Under the pieces are notes generated by a model. The model did not search any database, was not told the origin of the DNA, and was given only the letters and a program-made list of their open reading frames with translations. A stretch of DNA of 64,000 nucleotides from Blastocystis sp. Blastoise (lineage: Eukaryota; Protista; Bigyra: Opalinata). Made by a program: the position numbers and the translations under genes. This document shows positions 32,980 to 52,613 of this stretch, one piece after another (position 1 is the stretch's first letter; each line of letters starts with the position of its first letter). The DNA lies in NCBI GenBank assembly GCA_039096225.1, contig JBBPEB010000017.1, positions 868,001-932,000 on the forward strand, in the 5' to 3' direction.

Positions 32980-35117
32980 TTAAATATGTAGAATGGAAAA
33001 GTGATTATTATGACAAAGAGATATATGATCAGGAGAGGTAGAAGACCAATAGACATGATTGATTTCTTGTTTTGTATGATAAGATAATATGGGTGCTAAA
33101 AGATATAGATAAATGAGATTTATATAAATAGATAATATAAAAATAAATACATCCACTGACTGGTGATTGATCTTGAATATCCCATATATAGCACTAGAAG
33201 TATATATAGATGAATATATGATATATATAATATATATATATATAAAGAGATCATAATGAATAGAATCAATAGAGATTATATACATTGGAGTCATCCCCTC
33301 CTGACACAAGATACTTTTGTGATTGTGGTGCCCAGTCAATGCTATTTATACATCCGCCGTGTCCATCAAGAAAACATAACGGAGAAAGCGGCTTTCTAAT
33401 AGAGAACCGTTGATAGAGATAATATGAAATATATATGATAATCATATATATAATATTAATAATAATAAAACAGATAATAATAATAAAACATATATAATAA
33501 TAATAAAACATATATAATAAATCATATATAATAATAAAACATATAATAATAATAAAACATATAATATTAATAAAACATATATAATAATAATAAAACATAT
33601 AATAATAATAATAAAATATATATAATATTAATAAAACATATATAATAATAATAAAACATATAATAATAATAATAAAACATATATAATATAAAAACAATAT
33701 ATAGTAAAAAGATAAAATAGAGACTTTATCTTATAGATATAGAATACCTGATATCCACAAGAATAATGCGAGGACTGTCAAGTTGAATGGCTGCAATGAT
33801 ATTACTATTTTGTTCATTCCAGGATAATCTTAACAGTGGTGTCATACTGGTACTTTCATAGATTACATTACAATGTTGAAGTGACCTAGGAAATATAAAA
33901 TAATAGAATGAATGAATATAGTATTATCAAAATAATAAGAAATAAGAAAAGGACGAAACAACAATAATATAATGCTCAATCAATATATTAGGAATGTGAA
34001 TATGTATTTTAAAAAGATATGAAATCGAAAAGTGAAGAAAAGAATCAATAAATAGTATATATTCATGATTAGAAACAAAACAAATAACAATAAAACACAT
34101 AGTATTGCTATGTAATATTTTATTTGTTTATATATATATATATATATATATATACCTTAGATCGAATAATCTCATGGTTCCATCTCCACCTACTGTTGCA
34201 AATAAATCCTGGTTCTGAGGAGAAAATGAAATATCATATACCTCTTTATCATGGGCCACTAAGTGAAACTTGACTTTATTTGACTAAATTATAGAATATT
34301 CATATGAATAGATATTGTGATGAAAATAGTAAATAATAATAATAATAATTTGATTAATAATAATAATAATAATTTGGTTAATAATAATAATAATTTGGTT
34401 AATAATAATAAACATAATAATAATAATAATAAATATAATAATAATAATAATAATAATCAAAAATAAACAAATTATACATTAATATCCCAAAATGTACATG
34501 TCGTATCAATAGAACATGTACCAATTAAATTTTCATCAATTGTGTTCCAATCAAAGGAGGTAATTGGAGCCAAACTGTCTTTAGAATGAAACTAAAAGAA
34601 ATTTAAATAAGTCATATAAAAAAAACAAAATATTTTTTCACAAAACAAATTATGAAAAAAATATGAATAGCAATGAAAATAATTACAACATCAAAAACCA
34701 TAGGATCATGAACTCCATCATTTTGATCATTAAATTCATATAATCGAAGAATATCGCTCGATGTAGCAATAACATTTTTTTTCTCTGATGTTTTATTTGG
34801 TTTCCACATAATCTTCGTTGCTGGATAAGGATGGTCTATTGAAAACAACGATGTAACTTTTGATTGCGTTTCATTGACATCCAAAAACTATAAACAACAT
34901 ACATACAAATATGTATATAAGAGGATTATATATATATTTAAATGATGTTCAAGATAATAAGGAATACTTCAATTTTATTTGCTGCTTTTTCTATATAACT
35001 CGATATAGCGACAACACTAGAGTCTTTTGTAGGATTATAAGAACTCCAACAAGAAGAAGAAATTGTCCATGAGGAATCGTATGTAATTGGAGTCTTAGCT
35101 CTATTAGAACTTTTCAT
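32980..35117 (-). CDS. DCAF7: WD40-repeat protein DCAF7/WDR68/AN11-like
   Basis: [66 protein letters not shown] and PLLRLSWN. Confidence 0.92.
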
Positions 35118-36403
35118 TTGTATGCAAATATCTATGATTTATATCAAAACTAACATATAACAAAATTAATCTCTGCTGCTATTTCAGCAGAATTACTACT
35201 TAAAATTTATATTATTTATTTTCACTGTTATGTAGTTTAATTTCTGTTTTATTTGTATTTCTCACAGGAAACTGTTTTCTCTTCTTTTCATTGCTAGTGT
35301 TTTATTAATTATTTTATAGATGATTCTGAATTCTATGGAATAATTCACATGAATCAAAAATTACATGTAGCGCTTCTAATAGAAAAAAAAAATAATATAA
35401 AACAACAATTCATTACATTTTGTTTTACATTGATTATTTAGAAAAAACGTCAGTATAAGTTAAAGCAAAGACTACAATCAATATATAAATATAAATATAT
35501 TCAAAATTGGCAACTTCATAAAAAAAAAATTAAGCTTATCGATATTTACGTTCATTTCTATTAATAATAAGTAATAATACAATATTGTATTAAAACATGA
35601 ATAGTTCACAAAGTTTCTACGAACGGTAGAAAAAAAATATATATAATTGTATTGTTTTCTATTGAATAGACTTATAGGCTAGAGATATTGAATCTATATA
35701 ATATTAAATCACAATATTTTAATGTCTTCGAAATTGGCGCTAGTAATTTGATGTGAAGATGGTCACCCATTCTAGTTTTTTATATACTACCTAAGACTTA
35801 AACGTTCTAATACAATCATCTTTAATAGATATTTGAAAAATCTCTAGTAACTCATAACGAAAAATACAAAATAACTGAATCAAGCCAGTTCGTAGTTTTG
35901 TTACCAAAAGACGAAGACGAAACTCTCTCTGATTATCACGGTTATCTCTATAAAACCACTGAAATAATTATTTTTATCATTTTACTGACTTCAGTTTTTT
36001 GGAGATCAAAAATGAAAAATAAAATCAACTTTTCATTCATAGACATGAAGTGCTTTTTTTAGTTATTCGAATAATGAAAGAATCATTTGTTCTAGAAGCA
36101 TTTATGATCAAATGTGTTGTTTGATTGGATAATTCATTATTGTTCCAGTAAATAGGAAGAACCGTGGGAAAACTCAATTATTATGTAGAATTTATTGGAT
36201 AATTTCAAGTCAATAAACACCATTATCGTGTTTTTAGTGGAGATCCATTTGTTAAACCACTTCGATTTCTAAAACCCAAAAGAAAATTTGTAGTCATCTT
36301 TAGAAAAAAAATCAAGTTTATCACTTCAAGTTCATCATTTTTTATTATTTTTTATTTCAAATTATCGTTATTTATTTTTATTTGAAAGAAATTATTTTTT
36401 ATC

Positions 36404-36769
36404 ATGTCTCCTGTTTATTGCAAAACTGAAGGATGTTCTTTCTATGGTTCTCCTGAACAGAATAACCTATGCTCAAAATGTTACAAAGAATTATTAGAAA
36501 AACAAAAACTTATGAAAGAAGAAGAACAAGTAACTCCTATACCTGAAGAACCTGTAAAAACACATAAGAAGAAGTCAAAGAGATGTGCTAAAGAGGGTTG
36601 TGGTCGTAAACTAGGTTTTTGTGAAGGAACTGAATGTCGTTGTGGTGGTATTTTCTGCAATCTTCATAGAGCAGCTCAAGATCACAATTGTACATTTGAA
36701 TGGAGAGACAATCAGACATCTTTACTAACACAAAAGAATCCTGTAATTGCTTCTAAAGTTACTTTTTAA
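36404..36769 (+). CDS. A20/AN1 zinc-finger protein (ZFAND5/6 or SAP-like), intronless
   Basis: N-terminal A20 finger CKTEGCSFYGSPEQNNLCSKCY and C-terminal AN1 finger CAKEGC...CRCGGIFCNLHR...HNC, ending KNPVIASKV. Confidence 0.93.
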   Translation: MSPVYCKTEGCSFYGSPEQNNLCSKCYKELLEKQKLMKEEEQVTPIPEEPVKTHKKKSKRCAKEGCGRKLGFCEGTECRCGGIFCNLHRAAQDHNCTFEWRDNQTSLLTQKNPVIASKVTF

Positions 36770-37120
36770 GTTTAACTATTATTTTATTATTATTCTATAT
36801 ATTTTCTTTTGTTTTTCTACTTTTTGATTTTTCGTAATGTTATTCATATTATGATGACGAATTTTTCTTTTCTCTTTTTGGGTATATTTTTTTAAACAAA
36901 TAAATATTTGTTCTAAAGTGTTTCGTTTACTGTTTTTATTTTTTATTTAATTTTTATACTCTGCGAACAATTGTAACTAAGTTATGAATACATTGAACAC
37001 ATATAGATTGAATAAATATATGTAAATATTAATAAAAAAATGGAAAAAGAAAAGGAAAAGTAATTAAAAGAGAAAAAGAAGGATTTAAATAAAGTTATTT
37101 TTAGAATACAAGACTATTTT

Positions 37121-37350
37121 CTAATTATCCAGAGATGTGTCATATATTCTAGATATATAAATAGTAAATATAATAAATATGTAAATACATAAAGAATTTT
37201 GTATATATATACATGAAATAATGTTTTGTTCCATCATCATTCTTTACAGTATAATGAATTGAAGGTGTTTGAAGTAAATAATTAACAGCCTATATAAGTT
37301 GAAATATAATAATAAATATAATAAATATATTAAAAAAAAAAAAAAAAAAA

Positions 37351-37449
<99 letters not shown>

Positions 37450-37452
37450 TTT

Positions 37453-37514
<62 letters not shown>

Positions 37515-38898
37515 GAGTATACTTGTGTCCAAACTTGATCTATATAGGGAATACATTCGATAGAATCATTTAGTTGTTCTCGAAGCATATCTATATCAAC
37601 AACATTGTTCATTGTCATATTCTCGTCAGTAGATATACTTAATATTGTATCCAATAATAATGTATATACATATTTAATCTACAGATAATATGAATAATAA
37701 TTAATATAAATAAATATATAAAAATATTATAAATTAAAAAAAAATTATAAGATTATCTATAAAAAATATAAGTATAAATAAAATAATATATACATTTTTT
37801 CTATATGTGATATACATATTAAGTCCTTTTCTGTTAAGAATGAATACTATAAATATAAGTAATATTGCCATGAATGTGATTCTATTATAATATAAATAGA
37901 GTATTATTTGTTCTCTATAACTCAAAAGTGCTTCTTCTTCAGGTACAGATATTATATATATAGAGTTCTCTTGTTGTTTCATATATACAGATGACTTTAA
38001 CGTATTTATTATAGCGCTATACGACTCTTCGAAAGAAGTACTATTTAGTGAGTAATATCTATATATATAACAAAAATTAATATAAGTCTATATTATACGT
38101 AGGTTAGAATTAATATATATATATATATATATATATATCAAATTAATAAAAAAGATTTAATAAAAATAACTATTAAAATAATATATATATACTTCGAGAG
38201 TGTTTTATTAATATATAAATCTGATAAAATAGACTCTGATGAGTGACCAAATAGAATTCTTTCGAACTTCTGATGACCGGCTGAAAACCTATATCATAAT
38301 CATTATATAATTATATATATATACCGTAAATATGTAAGCACTTGTTGATAGGGTTGATATATTTTTTCAGACACATACTATATATATATATATAAATAAA
38401 ATAAAATAACTATATCAAATTATACAGGTTCTAGAAGACATTTTCCATATTGATATGAATATCCAGGATCACAAATACATAACAATGTTGTACATTTACC
38501 ATAAAGAGGACATGGTTCACAATCTATAATAAAAACTATAGTTTCTGTCTTTATTTCGAGTGAATAGACACTTACATGCAGATACACGACTATTACAGTA
38601 AATATGACTTGGATAGAAAATAATAAAACCATAGGATGCCAATACAATCAGAAGAATTAATAAAATACGGACAAAATTTCTAAAATTTTGAATACATTAT
38701 AGATAATGAAAGAAATATATTATAATTCTGAGTTATACTTATCAGATACAACATATACCTGTCACAGAAATGTCCATAATGAGATTTCTCCTTGGTAAGA
38801 TATGGTAAATGGACTAAATTATTATATCAATCAGATTAAATCAACTAGAATTGTATGAAAGAATATATACGTGTATTAATAAAGGATTGTGCAAACAT
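37121..38898 (-). CDS. Man1/Src1 (Heh/LEM2-family) inner nuclear membrane protein: two TM helices, Cys-rich lumenal domain, C-terminal winged-helix-like region
   Basis: Spliced: TM1 ILLILLIVLASYGFIIF, YC...CEPCPLYGKC...CICDPGY...GKC, TM2 ITFMAILLIFIVFIL, then VDIDMLREQL...VWTQAVNYL. The start codon is uncertain and I see no LEM domain. Confidence 0.65.
37351..37513. repeat. (AAT)n microsatellite in an intron of the Man1/Src1-like gene
   Basis: Direct inspection. Confidence 0.93.
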
Positions 38899-39209
38899 AC
38901 TAAATGTTTAATTATGAAATAAGAATGAAAAAAAGAAAACACAAAAATTTTCTTATTGATAGCAAATAAGAATTGCTGGCAAAGTACAATTTCATTGTTC
39001 CACGGATATCTCAATATTTGCTGTGCATTTCCGAAAATCCCGTGAAACAAAGTATCTTCCTAAATCATTTTTTCTTTGTTTTATCCTTTTTGAATTGTCA
39101 TGGAAATATCTGAAACCTCACTGATTGTTTTACAAAAAATTTAAAAATAGAAAACAGTTTAAAAAAAGTACTAATTCACATTATCTTTTAGTCTTTTTAT
39201 TGTGTAAGA

Positions 39210-41649
39210 ATGTATCAGTCTAATAAACAGAAGACTTACAGAAATACAGACGCTTTACAAACGGGTACTATTCGTGGTCGTGAAAAGAATCAATTAGCAA
39301 CTCTCTCACATACTTCCTTAGAATCGTATGCTATTAACAGTAAATTTTCTATCATTATGAATAACATATAGACTACCACCGGAACAAGCCGTTCTATGCC
39401 CTTATGGTGTTGATGAAAATGATTGGATTTCTATTCATGGTATTTGAATGAAAATAAATCGAATTTATATTGATTCGTATCTATCTTTAGTTTATGAGTT
39501 TTACAAAGATTTAAATTGGGTGTATGCTGTCATTATGGACGACTGTACAACTGAAAAATGTCCTACTATGAGTGCTGGAAAAGCGTATATATCTAAATTA
39601 GTGACGTTTATATGCATATATTGTCTAGTTACGAATATCTTTGGGCTGATCGAGAACATAATATTAAACCTACTCATTTATCTGCTCATGAATATGTGGA
39701 TAAATTATTTGATTGGGTAGAACGACAAATGTATGATACTACCTTATTTCCTGTTAGCGATCGTATATATTATTATATATATTATTTTTTTCATAACTAT
39801 GTGTAATATATATATATTTTTTTAAAGAAATTTTTTTGATTATTTATGGGAATATAAGGTTTATCATTTTATTTTTAGATATGTAGTGTTGTCTATATAT
39901 ATATAAGTGATATATTTAATGTTCTATATAATATATATATATATATTATGTATTTTACTTTGTTTTATATATAAATTATCTAATTATGTTATTTCTGTAT
40001 GTTATGTGATATATATATATATAGAAGATACATACCCTCCTGATTTCCTTAAGAAGGTTCAAGGGATATTTAAACGACTTTTTAGAGTCTATGGACATGT
40101 GTATTATAAGTATATATATATATATTATTTTTATTATACTTTTTTTTTTATCATACTTATTCTTTATATATAATATAGTATAGTATAATATACATTTTTT
40201 CTATATATAGTCACTTTACTTTAATTGAACTCGCTCATTTCACAAATACATTCATCAATTGTTTCCGTCATTTTGTTTATTTTGTAAGTGCTTATCATCT
40301 TATTGATTCTATGGACCTTAAACCTTGCTATACACTTATTATGAGACAATGCCCAAACTCAGTTGGTATATATATATATATATATAATATATTACTTAAT
40401 AGAATTATGATTATAATTATAATTATAATGATATTTATAATTATAATTATAATTATAATTATAACTATAACTATAACTATAACTATAACTATAACTATAA
40501 CTATAACTATAACTATAACTATAATTATAACTATAACTATAACTATAACTATAACTATAACTATAACTATAACAATATAAGCTATTTCTACTATATAGCA
40601 TTTAAGGAGTTAGCTAAAGAGGAACAGATTCCTGGTACAGTAACTGACATGTCTGTTGCTTACCCTAATGCTGGTCCATGCGCTAACTCTATTCCTTATC
40701 CTCCAGAGAGTCTACGCCATGATGCTCCTATTGTTCCCTCGCCCTATAAGATAGAACACCAATTACAGCAATTACCCCCTATTCAAGTAGTCCCTCAACC
40801 TGTACCCTTTATTTCACAAGCACAAGTGATTGCTGTCAAGCCATCACAACTTCCCTCCCCTACCTTCAACGTCTCTTCACAAGGACAATCCTCACTATAT
40901 ACCGAGGCTGTTGCCGAAGAGAAAGAGGTACCAAATCCTGCTGTTGATCTTCCCATTATTGATTCTATTGTTACGAATGAAGAAAACACACATTCTTCTA
41001 TTATTCAAGCTCCTATCTCTCCTTATCCTGACGTTACATTACCGAGCACAATCCCTAGTAATGTAACGCCTGAGGGACCGAAGAATCTTGAAGATATTGT
41101 AGACAGTGTTGTTCAAGATAAGCCGTTAGAACCGATTATTCCCCTCCATCCTGTTCCCGCGGAAGTTGAAATGATTGATATCAGTAATACTGCTGTTCAA
41201 GCACATCTAGAAGAAAAACAAAGTAATTTATATAGTATTATTATTATATATTATATTATATACTATTATGTTATATTATATTATATACTATTATATTATA
41301 TACTATTATATACTATTATATTAAATTATATTATATTAAATTATATTATATACTATTATGTTATATACTATTATGTTATATTATGTTATATACTATTATA
41401 TACTATTATATTACATTATATACTATTATATATATAGAACAAGAAAAAGCAGCCAGTTCCAAGAAACAAGATCAAGGTCAAGATCTGCCTTCTCATAAAT
41501 CATGTGTATATATATATATACATATATTTTATACATTTAATATCTACATATTTATATATATATATGTTTTCTTCATAGTATAGCTATGTATTCTCTTATC
41601 TATATTCTACTTTTCTCTTATATATATATAGTGTTGTTCCATCATGTAA
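39210..41649 (+). CDS. MOB kinase activator (MOB1-like) with a Pro-rich C-terminal extension ending in CaaX
   Basis: AVLCPYGVDENDWISIHV, CTTEKCPTMSAG, YEYLWAD, SAHEYVDKLFDW, IFKRLFRVYGHVY, FRHFVYFV. The last exon (41632-41649) encodes CCSIM*. Confidence 0.9.
40437..40572 (+). repeat. (ATAATT/ATAACT)n hexamer repeat in a MOB intron
   Basis: Direct inspection. Confidence 0.92.
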
Positions 41650-42052
41650 TCTTCTTTTGCGTATTAAATCATTATCATTATATTATGTTTTATTTTTATA
41701 GTTCTTTTTGTCTCTTGTATTAGTATTAAATATATATATATATATACATTTGTTAGCTAATTTATTTATTGCCTTATATATTTATCAACACAAATACTAT
41801 TGCCTATACCTATCGTTATATATATAATATAATATAATATTTTTATTTGGTTCTTGTATTAGCTATTCAATGTATTTTTTTTTTGCATTTTATTTACTCT
41901 ATTTAATATAATTTTATTTTATTCTAGTCTATTTCTTTGTTTATTTTATTCTTTCTATTCATTGTATTAAATTCAGCTGTTTTGTTCTTTTTATCCTTAT
42001 ATATATAATAAACAATGTATAGGAACAAATGCAATATATATATATATGTATG

Positions 42053-48589
<6,537 letters not shown>

Positions 48590-48646
48590 TGAGAAAATCT
48601 TATTAAAAATGCTTCAATAATGAGTTATACATCTTAAAAAAATAAT

Positions 48647-48655
48647 GCGGGAAAA
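48647..48655 (-). promoter_or_regulatory. E2F-consensus-like site TTTTCCCGC upstream of REV1
   Basis: Exact TTTCCCGC about 58 bp 5' of the REV1 ATG in otherwise AT-rich sequence. Similar words are common in exons of this window. Confidence 0.3.
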
Positions 48656-48782
48656 CTATGAATTTGATTTGTGTCACAGTAATTCCAAAAAAAAAAAAAG
48701 AAAAAAAAGTGAAGAATAAAAATATTAAATACATGTTATTTATTTATATAATTTTATGTTGTAGATTATTCAGTGAATTGAA

Positions 48783-48790
48783 AACAAACA
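48783..48790 (-). promoter_or_regulatory. TGTTTGTT putative polyadenylation-site motif downstream of AP4M1
   Basis: Exact sense-strand motif about 120 bp after the stop codon. It is known as the Blastocystis poly(A)-site-associated motif. Confidence 0.45.
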
Positions 48791-48908
48791 AATAAGAACA
48801 AGAACACGCTACAATGATGTGATAAGCTTATAAGAGAGACATAATATAATTGTAATGTACAGATAACATGTATAAATTGAAGAAATATAGTATAATTTAT
48901 ATATTTTC

Positions 48909-50572
48909 TTAGATTCTGGTACAATAACTATTGGATACGGTATTGTATCTGAGCCAACGTTGACTATATAAATGTAAAAATAAGATAAATTGTTATAAAA
49001 ATAAATAAAAAAAAAAAGAGAATAGAATAAAAATAAAAAAATACGGATTATAGTTCTTTTGTTGACTATCAATAGATAAGCCACGAATCTTCATACCAGA
49101 TAATTGGAAGTTAGGAATTTCAAAGTTGCAAAGAATAGGTCCAATTTCTTTAGTAATAAATTGATTAGCAGGTTTTTCAAGATTGTAAATAATTTTAAGA
49201 TAATGTTCTTGAGCGCCAGTGACTTTCTTTAACATCCAGAATACACGCTTTTCTTTTTCACGATATTCCTTTAACTATATATAATATAGAATAATAAATA
49301 TAATGAATTAATTAGATTAAATAATAATAATAAATATATTTAATTGTTGTTGAGCATTAGGAGCAATAGTAATATTACAAGTAGTAGTATCTACAGGAGC
49401 ATGAAGAGAAACGAAAACATTGTTAGCAGATACATCAGCAGGAAGAGCAACAACAAGCTATGAATATAATAAATATAATAAATAAATATAATAAATAAAT
49501 ATAATAAATAAATATAATAAATAAATATAATATATAATAAATATATAATATAATAAATAAAATAAATAAATATATAATAAACATATAATAAATATATAAT
49601 GAATACTTTAACAATGACTTCAATTTTAGTAGGACTCTTTTCTTCGACCATAGCATATACTGTGAACGGAGGTTTATAATAGGAGGTAGTACGATAGTTG
49701 AGTACTGTGAATTCACCTTCTTGAGGTACTAAAGTAAGAAGACGCTTTTCATCAAATTGTTCTAAATTGACAGAATCATCAAAGTTCATATCATCAAGAA
49801 TAACCGTGGGATTCTTCTCATCAGCAGGAGGAAGAGGAGAATCTTTACCAACAACAAGATGAGCAGGAAGAAGAATTTTAACAGTAGGATTACCAGTTAA
49901 GAAAGATCTCATAACAATAGAACCATCAATAGAAGAATGAAGAACATTACCCTTAGAATTAAACATAATAGATAATCTTTCAGTACAATCAACAAAGATT
50001 TCATTATTTGATTTCTTGTTATTACTAACAATAGATTTATTAGCAGCAGTAACAGAAGTACTAGCAGAATCTTCACCTTGAACGGGTTTACTAAAGACAT
50101 AAGTCTTAAGATTCGTAGTCGAAGTATCCTGAGGATAACCAAAATCAATTAATTCTTCTAAAAGTTCATAAATAAGAATGAAATTCTTTCTAATAGAATC
50201 TTCAGAGAGAACACCACAATAATCCTTAATAATCTTGATAATACGGAAGAGAACTTCAGTACCATAACAAGGAGAAAGATTCATCTTAGTGGTAATAACG
50301 AAATAAATTCCATTTTTTTTAGAGAATAAATAAGTGACAGCATCTTTGTTCTAAAATGAATAAAAATAATAACTGTAAATATCAATAAATAAAAAAACAC
50401 AAAAAAAAGAATTTATAGTTAAAAGAAATACGAAAATTGGAGGAGCATCACCAGGCCAGAAACGGACAGTTCTAAGGAACTTTTCACAAGCAGTGATAGG
50501 TACGTCAAAACGGAAATCTTTATAGATGAGACGATCACCTCTGTCTGATAAGATGAAGAATTGTGAAATCAT
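48909..50572 (-). CDS. AP4M1: AP-4 adaptor complex mu subunit, 5 exons; one intron has non-canonical termini
   Basis: MISQFFILSDRGDRLIYKDFR, IKDYCGVLSEDSIRKNFILIYELLEELIDFGYPQ, NEIFVD, SIDGSIVMRSFLTG and RWLRYNTVSNSYCTRI*. Confidence 0.93.
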
Positions 50573-50661
50573 TTTGTAATGCTACTTGCAATAATGTGTC
50601 AAATAGTAAAATGCAAATATGATAGAAATAATCTTTTTTTTTTTGCATTTAGGATTATAGA

Positions 50662-50761
50662 TGACCATAATTCAAAAAGATGAATTTTTATGTATCGCTA
50701 TTTCGTTTGTTTTCCCATAGAATACCGTATTTTTATTTGGACATCTTTTGAATTATGGTCA
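50662..50761. mobile_element. Candidate 100-bp MITE-like element or hairpin
   Basis: Arms TGACCATAATTCAAAAAGATG (50662-50682) and CATCTTTTGAATTATGGTCA (50742-50761) are reverse complements apart from one A. AGA flanks both sides. Confidence 0.45.
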
Positions 50762-51153
50762 AGATGTTTTTTATATCTCCTAATGTAACCCATTTCTCTT
50801 CAATCTTTAGAGAGAAAACACCGATAATCATGATTATCTATACTTAAAAAAAGATAATCTTTTTTATTCCCAGTGTTTTTCTTATTATTTGATTATTTGT
50901 TTTTTTTTGTTCTTTAGATATATTGTCAAATCTTTTTTTGATATGTTTATTTCCAAAAGATCAGTTTTTTTTGAAGTATACTATTCATTGACAAGAGATA
51001 ATAATGATAGATAAAACGTGCAATTATTCATAAATTATAAGTATTGTACTAACTAAACAATTTATTTGTGAAACAAATTATATAATATTGATAAAAATAT
51101 TTTTCTTTTGAAGTGTAAACATTGAGTTGGAAAGAGATTCGATTTACAAATAA

Positions 51154-51161
51154 AACAAACA
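51154..51161 (-). promoter_or_regulatory. TGTTTGTT putative polyadenylation-site motif downstream of the UNC93-like gene
   Basis: Exact sense-strand motif about 68 bp after the stop codon. Confidence 0.45.
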
Positions 51162-51228
51162 ATAAATAATATATAAATATATATAAAATATTATTTTTAA
51201 TTCACAACTATAGAAAAATGAATACGAT

Positions 51229-52554
51229 TTAATGAGCGTATAATGATTCATGAAGAGAACTAGCTCTGCTTAATCTTCTTTCTTTTCTTTCAGAAATAGG
51301 AAGATTCTTTTCCCAGCCGGTACCATAAACATATGCTAAAACACAGTATACAATAAATCCCAAAACTAATAATCCACAACAAATATAAGATTCAAGAAGA
51401 TACTATATACAATAATAATAATATGATATAATATAAGATAAATAAATAAATAAAATGATATAATATATGATAAATAAATAAATAAAATGATATAATATAT
51501 AAATACCATATCAGATGTAGCACTAGCACTACCTGCGGCAGAATCAACAAAAACGGGAGCTAAGAAGAAACAAGCGGAAGCACCATAAATTTGGAACTAT
51601 AGTAATTAATATAATAATAATATTATTATTATCAAAAATAATATATATATATAATAAATGTATACCATTCTTAAGACAGCAAAAGCAGTATCAATTTTAT
51701 CACTGAATAATTGACCCGAAAGAGTCATAAGTTGAGTTTGGAAAGCACAATCTGAAATAGCATAAAGAGCTGCAGCGACGTGAATTAACCAATTTTGTTG
51801 TTCATTAGCAAATACACCCACAACTAAACCAGCAACTCCAATAATAGTACCAGAAGCAAGAACAACAGTATTTCCAAAAAGATCTGAAACTTTTCCAAGA
51901 ATAAGGCTGAAAACAACTTCTATAATACCATAAATTGTCATAGCAACACCAACAACAGTAGCATCAGTTACTTGTCTGTTAAACATAGCAGCAGGCCACA
52001 TCATCATATATCCTAAAGAATTATAATGTAACTTATAAAAAAATGAAGGAAAAAGAAATAATAATAAGTAATAATAATAAAAAAATTAATAATAATAATA
52101 AAAAAAAAATTAATAATAAAATAATAAAAATAATAATAAAAATAAATAAAAAAATATATATAAATAATAAAAAACAATAATATAGGAATATAAAAAGCAT
52201 ACCACTTCCAAGCATAAGAGGAACAAGAAGCCATACTTTAGTATCAACCATCATATGTCCATAGGCAAATAATTTATCTTTAATGGATTCTTGAGGTTCA
52301 GTAGAAACTGTAGTAGGTTCTTCTTTAGCTAAGATTGATTGAATTTCTTGTTCTACAACACTATTACTACCTTCTTGATCTCCTTTTTCTTCTTCATCTT
52401 CAATCTTAATAGGTTTTCTTAATAAGAATAACACAACACTACCTAATATACCAAAGAAACCAAGAACTAAGAAAAGAATAGAAGTATTTCCATTCCAACC
52501 AGCTTGACCAGGCTTATTATCCTATATATTTTAAATAGAAACATGAAATTAATA

Positions 52555-52613
<59 letters not shown>

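Noticed and set aside
38236-38268. Hammerhead-like core CTGATGAG...CGAA
   Set aside because: There is no stem II or flanking helix, and it lies antisense to a coding exon.
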